Positions 11,170 through 22,606 of a stretch of 64,000 nt of DNA are shown in pieces. Both the position numbers and the translations under genes were made by a program. The first letter of the stretch is position 1. Each line of letters begins with the position of its first letter. This DNA comes from Takakia lepidozioides (lineage: Eukaryota; Plantae; Bryophyta). The notes under the pieces were generated by a model, which saw nothing but the letters and a program-made list of their open reading frames with translations, had not been told where the DNA came from and did not search any database. Location of the stretch: the NCBI GenBank assembly GCA_030704615.1, contig CM060732.1, positions 23,064,001 to 23,128,000 of the forward strand. Direction: 5' to 3'.

Positions 11170-14100
11170 ATAGGCAATTAACTGTTAAGGGTGTTGTCAA
11201 GCAACCATATCATCCCCCTATCATGCGTATAAGCCTTGTTGAATGTACTCACCATGAATTTGGTCCCCCCTTGGTCATTGGAAGCCCTAGCCCACTTACT
11301 TAGTGACTTTTGGCCGACCAGATTTTGCCTTCCATTTCTTCCCTGTTCTGGTGATAGCTTTACTTTCCCCCTCAGCTGCACGGTTCTCCTCCCTCCCCGG
11401 CATCGTCACCCTTATTTTTTGCACACGCTTCGGCTCCCCCTCATCCTTCGGGGGTCTTTGCTTCCCCTTGCCAATCTCCTCTCCAGTCTGCTCCCCCTTG
11501 CCCTTCATGTATTCCTTCTCCTTCCCCTTATCCTTTGTTTCTTTTTTATCCACCTTCTCCATGCCCTGCAGGTTCAATTGGCGTCCCGAAGTTTTTGCAG
11601 CAACCCTATGCCGTGTTCGACCTGCTACTGGGCCAGATGATGGTTTGCCGGAGGTCAAACCCATGTGCAGGGGGGTTGGAGCAGAAACCATAGGCGCAGG
11701 CACCGTCAAACCCGTGGTGAATGTGAAGCCAGGGGTGACCCCCAATTCAATATTCCAAGGATCTGTGGAAGCGATGGGAGCAGTACCAAGGGGCTGGAGT
11801 AAGTGCTCTGCTGTGGGGGAGACCAGACTATCTGCGAGTGCAGATAACAACGGGATGGCCTGTGGATGATACGGAGGTGCACCTAGGAAAACTGACATAG
11901 GTGGAACAAACCCCTTTGTTGCCAATTCGGTGATCCCTACCAATGACTGGCGTTCAGGGGTCACCAACGTTGAAATAATCTCAACCTGTGTCGTTGACAG
12001 AGGACTGGAAACAACTGCAAATCTGCTAGACTTAATAGTTGGATCCACCATTCTTGGCACATCCTCCCTCTCCACGTGGGAGTACACACAGAATCGGGAT
12101 GAGTTGAAAGAGGTGATTGGACAAGGGCAGAGAGTGAAGGATCACAGAGAGACACAGCAGCCCGCGACAGAGCATATACATGGAGGGGAGCAGGCATGAC
12201 ATCGGGAACAACGTTGGGGGATGACACCTCGGGTGATGGAGCACTGAGGGGGGGACCAGAGGGAGTCACAGTAGCATGCAAGAGAGCAGACAGATGTGGG
12301 GAAGAAGAGTGGAAGTCAGGGACAGACAGGGGGGGACCAGGGTCACACACGGATGCATGCTTCGTAGAAGACAGATCTGGGGGAACAGACAAAAATCGGG
12401 AGTAGAGGTGGGGGCTGCCAGGGCTAAAGGGAGATCAAAAAGGGAGGGAGCAGTGATACACAATAAAGCAGTAGTAGATGAGGGGGGAGCACAAAAAGAA
12501 AACTCATGCGAGGAGGGAGATGAGTCCGATGGGATAGCATGCAGTGAGACGAGGGTAGCCACTTCTGGGGGAGCAGATAATGGAAGAAGTGCAGAGGCGG
12601 GGGGATCACATGGTTGGGGAGGAGTCGCAGAGAGGGCGGCAGACACAGAGGGGGGTGCGGAGAGGAGGGTAGCACCTGGTACGGGTTCACAGATTTGAAG
12701 GGGGGCAGCGGCGGGGACATCACATGATGGGGCAGCAGAGACAGAGAGGGTAGCAGAGAGGAGGGCTGTTCCTTGGGAGCGATCAGAGATAGAAGGGGAG
12801 AAGAGGCGGGGGTAGCAGAGACAACAAAGGCAGCAGAATATTCCCTTGGGGAGTCTAAAAGAAAACTGTGAGGCAGAACAATATGAGAGGGGATGGGATT
12901 GACATCAACTTCCGCAATGGGTGTGTAGAAACCTGCCGTCGGAGATTCCAGTTGAAAAGTCTCTGTATGAGGCGCTTGAAGGTCTTCAATCTGTGAGGGT
13001 GTTGGCGACGCCATCTACGATGCATGGTGGTACAACTGCGATGAATTAAAGGCGTCCACGTTGATGTGGGAAAGGTGAGGGGCATATGGTGACACTCGTC
13101 GGTCGTATAGTTCATTTCTTCTTGCCAACAACACCTTGTTTGCTCGTAAGACCTCCTCCATGGCATTTTGAACTCCAACATCAACTGCCTCAGCCTCACC
13201 TATCACAGAGACAAGCGCTTGTGTCTTAGCTTTGACCCCCGTGATCCCCCGATCTCCGACTGTAAAGTCTGCTCCCCCATTTATCTATTCCAATTCTGAT
13301 CTTCGCAATGACAGACTGTTGGAGAGGCAAAGCATGCACTTACTCAAAAGATGCACGTAACGTCCCAAATCAATGTGCTCCTGCCTAAGCAATAGATCCT
13401 CCCAGGCCCTGGCTGCACGTCGTATCCCTTTGGCATCGTTGCCCTTGCACCACAAAACTTGGAAGTGGGCCGTTTCCGTTGCTGCAAATTCATGAAACGC
13501 TCGGGCACGCACCATGCGAAGAAATGCTCGGCAAGAGTCGACGATCTGCATTTTGTCCTGCATTGTACCATATCTAAGCTGACCCTCTATCAGGAGCACT
13601 TCTTTCAACGTACTCTCCTGATTCTGAAAATTCCCAAATGTCCGCCAACCTCCATGCAAGAAGAGTCAAAATCCATGGTAGGGCAGTTTGTGAGCAGTCT
13701 GCGGTGCAAAAAGCATCATGATATGACTGGGGCAGATGCCGTGTCTTAAATCGGCCAAAGGATACAAGTGTGAAATATGGGGTCGAGGGTCCATGGTAGA
13801 AAAAACTTGGAGGGGTACAGGGACCGGAGGCAGTCGGGCTGGACATTGACGTTTCAGCCAGGTGACAGGGCATCAGATTCCTCGGCAGTTCTTAGGAGAG
13901 GGAATTCAGGAAGCAGATGTCGAACGTCCTGCTCCTCCAGCAATAGTTCAACAATATCAAACTGGAGATCTAGAGATGAGGGGGGAGCAGACCTGAAAGA
14001 AGTCAAGGGAGCAGAAGAGGGGGGAACAAAGCAAGGGGAACATGACGTGGGGGGACCTGCTATGGGGCGAGCAGACCTGTTAGCAGAGGCGGGGGGGGGG

Positions 14101-15585
14101 AGGGGTAGGACAATGAAGGGGGAGCAAAGACAAGCATGATGGGGGGAACAACATTCACTGGACGGGAGGGTGTTACGAAAGGAGTACTCTTCTTTCCCAC
14201 AAGGTAGCTCTCAAAATCTTCCAACTCCAGCCCAATGGATAGAGCACAGGGAACGTCGTCTTTGCAGGTGTTCCATGCCCGCACTAATTTCTGCACAGCC
14301 TCAATTTCTCCCGCGGAAGCATTGATTTGCTGGCAAAAATGCAACACAGAATCAACATTTACAAACCGGGGGCAATCCTGGGAAACTATTGGGGGGAGCA
14401 GATGGCCATAAACTCAAAAGGAGATTGGGGGTTGAAGCAAACATGTTCTTGTAGAAGCCATCTTCTCCAGTGGCATTCAGCCCTCTCTACTCGCATTGCC
14501 AACCCTCCACTCTATGCAAAATTCACAAATGCATCCCAAAATCTTTCATCGTCCTGGTCAGCAAAATTGGAAGGGAGAAGTCCATGTTGTAGGAGTATAA
14601 ATGTTCCAGGAGGAGTGATCGGGTGCGATGTGTTGTGGTCGATGTCCATGGCCCCATCCCCTGCAAGAGGCCCCGAGCTCCCAGACTGCTCCCCCTCGTC
14701 CTGATGAGTAGTCTGCTCCCCCACATCTGCGTGTCTTCGTTGTTTTCCGGACTGGCCCCCCTGACTTTGAGACGGATCCCCCCCATGTCCGATCCCCCCC
14801 ATTTTTGCTGTTGGCTGCTCACGACTGTAGGGATACTTTTTCTTTGGCTTTCTAGTCCAAGTGACAGTGAGTTCAGGCAACACTTTGGCTTGTCTCTCAC
14901 GGGCGGAGGGTAAAGTAGTAACAATCTTAACCTTTTGTGCCCCCCTTCTTTGGTTTGGTGCGCTAAAAATCGGTGTCGGACCCACTACGGCTACTCCTCT
15001 TGTGAGGGGCTGCCACTTGTGACGGTGCAGGCGCATCAGGCTTCCGTTTTCTCGCTCCTTTGGGCTGATGCTGCCGATCAGTAGGGGACACGTCGTCTCC
15101 TGGTACGCGCCGCGCTTCAGGGTTTGTACACCCTCTCAACCTCTCCACAAAATGAGTAACCTACTTCGAGAACTCGGCAGCGGGCCAGGGTTTTAGTGGC
15201 AACTCAACCTCGTCCCAACCATCCACCATGTTCAACCAAGGACAACCCTCCCCATCAATGACATGCCTATTCAACCTAACCTTATCCTTCATGGGCCGCC
15301 CACAGAGAGAGAGAAGACTCCGGCCGAAGCCGGCGTAACTAAGAGCCACTTCGCCTTGCGGCTACTGCCCCCTTTCGAGGGAGGCCGCCCACAAAACTTG
15401 CACTTATAGGGATTCCTTTGTTTCGCGCCATCACAAACTCTGAGGTCCGCCTCTGCCTCCCCTATCATCTCCTCCCACTCAGTTGGCGTATACCAAAAAG
15501 GAACCTCGTCCCATTTCTTAGGCTTGTGCCAAAAAACCAGCATACCATCCTCAGGGGGAACAACCTTAGGCCTAGTCTTCGCCAT
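11170..15585 (-). pseudogene. Long fragmented Pro/Ser-rich ORF series of unknown function, upstream of and co-oriented with Ulp1 (probable TE accessory gene)
   Basis: Starts MAKTRPKVVPPEDGMLVFWHKP...RNPYKCKFCG and continues through ORFs 14512-15036, 13285-13659, 12424-13014 and 11296-12087. No recognisable domain. Confidence 0.4.
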
Positions 15586-15721
15586 TGGCAACGAGCACAC
15601 GATGCCGAAATACAGAAAAGAAAAAGCAAGGAACAGTGTCGTGCGCATACATATCGCTACAAAACTACATCGCTGTCCAAACCACACCACACATATATGA
15701 CAATAAAGTAGTCTAGCACAA

Positions 15722-16078
15722 TGATAAACAGACTTGTAAAGGACACACACTCTCAACACACAGAAATATGCAATCCTCAAGATCACTCTTAGAAATAGAA
15801 GTCGAGCCAGGGGCACCCCAAGCTATGGGGACTCCACCCCACAACAACCTACACTCCCATCATAAGCACACTCAGTCCTCAACAATGCAGGAGCTCGGTC
15901 GCGCAGGCTCAACTCGAGAGAGATGAGCTGCGCGACTGCCGCCTCCGTGAAGATAAGACAGACCAGGTGTCAAACTAAACTTGACACCTGATTTAACACT
16001 TGACCTAAATCCAAGTGTTAAATACAAATAACTAGTTTTATTCTAGCTGTTTTCACACTGTGCTTATTTAACTTGACA
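15722..16078 (-). repeat. LTR-like repeat, copy A (terminus TGTCAAG on the minus strand)
   Basis: 357 bp, near-identical to 27625-27981. Both copies end exactly at ...AACTTGACA. Confidence 0.9.
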
Positions 16079-16086
16079 GCTGTCGT

Positions 16087-16585
16087 NNNNNNNNNNNNNN
16101 NNNNNNNNNNNNNNNNNNNNNNNNNNNNNNNNNNNNNNNNNNNNNNNNNNNNNNNNNNNNNNNNNNNNNNNNNNNNNNNNNNNNNNNNNNNNNNNNNNNN
16201 NNNNNNNNNNNNNNNNNNNNNNNNNNNNNNNNNNNNNNNNNNNNNNNNNNNNNNNNNNNNNNNNNNNNNNNNNNNNNNNNNNNNNNNNNNNNNNNNNNNN
16301 NNNNNNNNNNNNNNNNNNNNNNNNNNNNNNNNNNNNNNNNNNNNNNNNNNNNNNNNNNNNNNNNNNNNNNNNNNNNNNNNNNNNNNNNNNNNNNNNNNNN
16401 NNNNNNNNNNNNNNNNNNNNNNNNNNNNNNNNNNNNNNNNNNNNNNNNNNNNNNNNNNNNNNNNNNNNNNNNNNNNNNNNNNNNNNNNNNNNNNNNNNNN
16501 NNNNNNNNNNNNNNNNNNNNNNNNNNNNNNNNNNNNNNNNNNNNNNNNNNNNNNNNNNNNNNNNNNNNNNNNNNNNNNNNNNNNN
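16087..16585. other. Assembly gap (run of N)
   Basis: About 500 N; continuity across it is unverified. Confidence 1.
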
Positions 16586-16929
16586 NTGTGTGGGCTGTGT
16601 GGGTTGTGTAACCCCCTTCTACGTGCTCGCTGTCAACCGCCTAAATGGTTCCTGTTTGTCTCAGTCTTTGCAAAATTAAGGTACCCTACGATCCCGTAAA
16701 GTGTCTAAGTCCCCTACAGTCCTCTAACACCACAGCCGTACTAAGTCCTCTATCACTGTCTTTATCGGGCTCAAACTCTATCAACCAAGAGGCCGGGTAC
16801 AAGAGTAGCCCCATCGTTAGTCGCCGTCTTGCAATCTATGAACTTGAGCCAAGATCTCGTGTGTTCAAGGTCTCCTAGTAGCTGGGCCTTGCGTTTCTTG
16901 TTAGCCTCCCATGGTTGTATCCACTCCCA

Positions 16930-18200
16930 CTATCCAATGCAATGTGGACATAACCAATCCCCATCCGGAACCATCTCAAGAGGTGGAGTAAGCATCCCCA
17001 TATGCCAACCTCTAGAGCACCGATCACATACCAGCATGGTGGCTGCCCCTTTAGCAGACCCACACAACATGCACCTCAAACCTGCAGATACCACTGCCAG
17101 GTTTGGGTCAATCCTGCCATCAACATTCGGAAGGTGACATGGCGCACAATTACGCACATGGTCCTTCCAAGTGATGCCATCCCGACCCTCCAAGACCAAG
17201 ACGCCTGAGGGCAAGACCTCTCGAACCCTCAAAATAACACGTCCTGCAGTCACATCCAGGGTCGTAGGAGCAGTCTGCTGCAGATAGACATAGTCACCAG
17301 GGTTGAATCTCCGAACCCCAGGACGATAGCCCCCACCACGTATGGTAGCATACCTCAACGTATCACGGTGTTGTGCAATGGCAAGGTTCTCGAAAGCCAT
17401 AGGCATGACTCTCTTGAACAACTCTGCACGCTGCTCACATGCACGTGCCCACACGTCCGGATCGTCAAGGTTAAGAACTGTAACAGCTTCTCTGCGAATG
17501 GATGTAGGCAAATCCGGCTCTCGGCCAAAGAGAAGAAAGTATGGTGAAAAGGGCAAGTGATGCTTGCTTGCTGAACCTGTAGCCCATGGCTAACCAGGGT
17601 AACTGAAGGTCCCAATCTCCTAGGTGTCCCTTCTGCAAGCCATACTTGCGCAAACCCCTCTTTACTGTCTGAACAACTCTCTCTGCCAAGCCATCGGCTT
17701 CAGGATGATCCCGAGAAGTGGTGCGGTGGTCTATCAAGGCCTTGTCACACAAAGCCTGAAACTCCCCAAGAATTCTCTCCCTTGGTCCGTGAGTACCTCA
17801 GCTGGAGCACCGAATCGGCTAAGCACACAATCCAGGAATGCATACGCAGCTCCTCTCACTAGCCTTATCAGGCAATGGAACCAATTCAATCCACTTGGAG
17901 AAGTGCTCCACCATCACCAACACGTACTTGTTGTGGCGCATGGTCAGTGGCAACGGCCCTGCGAAGTCAAGACTCCACCTGTAGCCCAATCCCATGATCG
18001 GAAGAGGGTGCAATTGTGGAGTAGGGGCGTTGAATGAAGCACGCACCCTGTCACACACCATGCACCTAGCCACAAATGTTGCACCTCTGTGTGCATACCA
18101 CGCCACCAATACTGCCCCTGCAGTAGACTATGAGTGCGTCGCACCCCAAATGCCCCAACTCCTCATGGGCATGCCGCACTAACCGTGCCCGCTGTGTTGG
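16930..18200 (-). CDS. Integrase with C-terminal PHD finger (frameshifted)
   Basis: HEELGH...CMVC zinc motif; WSLDFAGPLP; LTDQGREF; HPEADGLAERVVQTVK. Ends CMLC...MLVCDRCSRGWHMG(M/C)LTPPLEMVPDGDWLCPHC (C4HC3 PHD, ~16933-17075). Confidence 0.9.
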
Positions 18201-19901
18201 GTGAGGCACAATCCTCACTCGACCATCCTCCCACACTCGGAGCAGGTGTGTCCCCTCCCACCTGAACCTCTTGGCTCGTTGTAGGATCCGATCCCTCTCC
18301 TTGGCAGTCATAGTGGCTGCCGTGTCTCCACTGCGGAGGTAGTCCAACACAACTGAATCCTCATGTATATCTTTGGCGCCACCCTGCTCATTGCTGGCCT
18401 CAGGGTCCTCAGACACTTGATCTACAGTCATCCCTGTTGTAGGTCCAACCTGGCCTTCCGCTGCCAAGATACACAGAAATGCAGATGCATGCCATCCGGG
18501 CACCATCTCCTCGTCCGTCTCACCATGCCACCGAGCTCCAGTGTCATCCTGTTGGCTCGTGCATGGATTGCGACTCAACCCATCTGCATTTCGATTGACC
18601 AAACCCGGTCGATGCACCACCTGAAAGTCATACTCTTGAAGGATGAGTGCCCACCGTGCAAGCTTCCCCGTAAGCTTGTCTGACTCCATCAACCACTTGA
18701 GTGGTTGGTGATCCGTGACAAGGGTGAAGAGATTGCCGTATAAATAGCACCTGAAGTGTGCCACGGCCCACACTGCAGCTAAGCATTCTCCCTCATATGA
18801 GCTATACTTAGACTCTGCAGCATTGTTCGAGCGGCTAGCATAAGCCACTACGAACTCTCTTCCCTCATCATCCACCTGTGTGAGCACCGCTCCAAGCCCC
18901 AGCATGCTCCAATCTGTATGCAGCTGAAAAGGACGCCCCCTGATAGGTCGTCTCAAGATGGGCGCCGAGGTCAACCTCGCCTTGAGCTCTTGAAAAGCTT
19001 GTTCTTGCTCATCTTCCCACTGCCACTCCTGGTCCACCTTGGTCAGCTTGGTTAGAGCCTTTGCAATGGCACTAAATCCCTTAACAAACCGTCTGTAATA
19101 GTTTGCTAACCCCATGAAAGCTCGAACTCGGCTCACATCCGTGGGGCGTGGAACCTGTGCAATGGACTCTACCTTAGTCTGCTGTACCCCCAATCCTCCA
19201 GGATATATCATGTGACCCAGATACTCAATCTGGTTGTGGAAAAACTTGCACTTGCCCGGATGTAACTTCAATCCGTGCGTCCTCAAGCGCTCAAATACCC
19301 CCTGAAGGTGTCTCTCATGCTCCTCCACCGTAGCACTAAAGATGATGATGTCATCTATGTAGCACCGAGCAAACTCCACCCCTGCTAGAATCCTGTCCAT
19401 GACTCTTTGAAACTCAGCGGGAGCGTTTTTAAGCCCAAATGGTAAGAACCGCCACTGGTATAGGCAATCCTTCCCGTGCTCATTGATCCCCCAGAATGCC
19501 GTCTTTTGCTTATCCGCCTCCTTGATCGGCAACTGGTGATATCCGGATCGTAAATCCAACGTGCTAAAGACCTTGGAATGCCCAATGGCATCAAAGATCT
19601 CCTCTGGTGTTGGCATGGCATACCTATCGGACTTGGTCTGACGATTTACAGGCCGGTAATCACCGCACATACGTCTCTCCGTCCAATTGCCATAGACATC
19701 CTTCTTAGCTGGCATCACTGTGGCTGAAGCATACTCTCCACCAGAGAGCTCCACCAAACCTGCCTCCCAGAGATCTTGAGTCCTCATCTGAATCAAAGAC
19801 CTCTCCATGTCACTGTATCTATAGGGTCTCCGAAAGATTGGCGTGTCAGTGGCCAACTCAATACGGATCTCTTGACCCTTCAGTGCTCCCAAGTCCTTCA
19901 A
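18200..19901 (-). CDS. Reverse transcriptase and RNase H (gypsy)
   Basis: [87 protein letters not shown]. Confidence 0.97.
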
Positions 19902-20369
19902 ACTGAAGGCAAAGCAATTCCTGTAAGCCCTCAGGAACCGCCGTATACGTCGTCTCTCTCCTCCGGTGACAATGGGTCCAATATCAGGCTCCCAATTGTC
20001 CTCCGTAACTGCAACCTTAAGTCCAGTGGGCTTAGAGGTAGAGGACGCGTCCCGTGGTTGCTATGCTGCAACCTCTTGAGCAGTACCCCCTTCCTGCTCA
20101 GTCAATGACAAGGCCTCATCCTGCCCCATCATCTCATCATTGAGAACCTCCTCATCCCGAGAAGAATCCCCAACCTCATCCATCACAGCTGCCTTCGCTG
20201 CCAACTCCCTCTGAACCTCGAGCACCTCCCACATGTGCCATGGATGTCTACACCTCGTGGTCCTCACCGGCTCGCCCCCACTCGCTGCCTGTACCGTCTC
20301 GGTAGGCAGAGAGACCATCAAGGGAAGTGCACTCCGCACTCTACGTTGCTCAGCCATAGCCAAGCTGAC

Positions 20370-21310
20370 AATCCAGGTCAAGCAATTGAGATCCATTGCT
20401 TGCCCCAACACCTGACGACGTGATGCCTCAGAAAGGAAGGCACCGCCGTGGTCCCAGTGGAAAACCCCATAGCCCGCTCTCGCTCGTCGGCATTAGGCTC
20501 CACTAACTGCTGCAACTGAGCATCCCACAGGAGGCCAGGTCCACCATCCCGAAAAGCATGGGATCCTGGGAAGCTGAGCAGTGTAGGTAATGCTGCTCGT
20601 GGTTGACCCACTCTGTTGACCACTGCCAAAGGCGAACGGTCATCGTGTCTCACACGTTGAGACTGCCTTCCTGTGTCCAAAATGCCATCCACGGTGAGGT
20701 GTGCTGGCCGCTGCACCCCATCAAATGCACGCTTGAGCAGTGCGGGTGGCATCAAGTTAGTCCACCATAGTCGTGGACGATGAGCCCGTGACCCCACTGC
20801 AGCTGCATCCAGCAATACTGCTGACCCAAGCCACGACCGGACTTGATGCACACTGGCCATCACCCTGGCCCGAGAATCACCCATCAGTGGCACATTCTCC
20901 AAGATGTATGCGGAGATACAGCCTGATGAAGCTGCAAGTGGCGCAAAATCCGCACCATCTCCCAAAACAGACCCGTCCTCGAGTCTCGCAATCCATTGCC
21001 ATGCCCGGCTGATGAATGCCCTTGGCAGGGCCAACCTGCCACTACCAGATCAATGGAGCCAACCCGCTCCAAATCCTGCGCCCCCAGCAACGAAATGTCT
21101 GCTGGCAAGGCCTGCTGATATCCACGAACTGCAGACACCTGCAACAACTCAGGGTGCTGCTGCACCATCTGAGCAACATGGCGCAGTGAGACGCGTCGTG
21201 CAGTCTCATCCCTCTCCACATACAGGTAACGTCGAACTCGTACACCTGCCTGCAGCACTGCAGCCAATCCAGTGCTGATCCCGCCAAATAAGTCCAGAAG
21301 GCATATGCCT
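20370..21310 (-). CDS. DNA (cytosine-5)-methyltransferase domain, DNMT3-like, embedded in pol (about two frameshifts)
   Basis: Motif I LLDLFGGISTG; II YLYVERDETA; III ADI; IV DLVVAGWPCQGHSSAG (catalytic PC); V GLRDSRTGLF; VI YILENV; VIII SRAHRPRLWWTNL; IX EPNADERERAMGF; X LGQAMDLNCL. Confidence 0.93.
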
Positions 21311-21699
21311 TCATCCGGTCGCTGCCACACAAGAGGTGTGGTGTCCAATGGCGACAACTGAGGTGGCCCTGGTGCAATCACCGCACTCTCCTCCTCTCCT
21401 GACGGTACAAAAGCTTCTACCCAAGCTTGTTGCACCCGTCCATCAGCAGCTTGCTGCAAATCCTTGCTCGTACCCCACAACGGAGTGTGAGCAACCATGG
21501 CAGGCAACTCCGCCGTACCATGCATGTCATCCTGCTCTGCTGGAGGTGGCACATCCTCTGCATGGGCATTGCCTTCCAGCAACTCTCCAGGCCAGCTGAC
21601 TGCAGCTGTGAAGGCGGCTAGTGTTGGCATCTTGCCCCGCTGAGCAGCTGCAATACCCCCAATGAATGTCACAGGGAGCTGTGCACGGCGACCATCCCC

Positions 21700-22100
21700 T
21701 GACTGCCATCCAGGCCTGTAGGATGCTGACTCCTCCCAGAAATCCAGGGTGAAGCCCATGGGGTATAACACTGCCCCACCAACGAGGACATCGTAAGAGA
21801 CCGCGTCTGTCACAATGGCCTTGGCTCGCATCACTGAGCCATCTACAGGATGATCCGGCTGCAGTCTAATAGCCAACTGATGCCGTGTCATGCCCCGAGC
21901 CTGCTCTGATCCTCCCAGAGATGTCTGTATCTGGAAAGGACAAGGCTCCATATCCGCCTCCATGAGGCCCAAACCTGCAATAGCAGCTCTGCCCAACATC
22001 AGTGGCTGAGCTCCTGAGTCCAACAAGACCCGCAGTGGCCGGTACTTCTTGCCTGCCGGTCCACTCAAAGTGAAAATGCCTCCCTGGTTGTCTAACAAGA
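21700..22100 (-). CDS. Retropepsin-like aspartic protease of the DNMT-gypsy element
   Basis: RVLLDSGAQPLML ... YDVLVGGAVL, in the same ORF (20884-22680) as DNMT motifs I-V. Confidence 0.8.
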
Positions 22101-22606
22101 CAACTCCAGGTGTCACCATGGCGCGCTCAAAGGCTGGCCTAGCTGGCAGCTCCGTCAATCTGGCAGCTGCAGCTTGCCAGGGCGCTGCCGTGGCAGTCTT
22201 GACCCTCAAATCCGAGGATCCCTCTGCCACTACACCTTCCACTAACTCCGCAGAAGATGAAGTGACCTCTCCACTCTCGCAGAGTGTTGCTGCTAGTCTG
22301 AACACTGCAGCTGGTCTCACTCCCGGCGTCGCAATCATGGTTGCCGAGAACAGTGGGGCTTGACACACAGAGGTGGCTGCCCCCAACAACACACCGGCCG
22401 CACTAGCCTTGGCAGCAGGAGTCAGTGCTGCACGTGTAGCTCTCCCCAATGGCATAGTAACCTCCGCCTCGGTAACAGTCGGGCGAGAACTAGGTGCCAT
22501 GGATGGCGTTGACACTGTCTCCGCCAAGGTGAATGACTGAGGCAGCCTTGCCTGACGGCTTGCCTCCCCACGTTGTGGATCCAACTCCACCTCTGCACCT
22601 CGTGGC

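Noticed and set aside
16073-16699. 208-aa ORF in the track
   Set aside because: Artefact of translating through the N gap.
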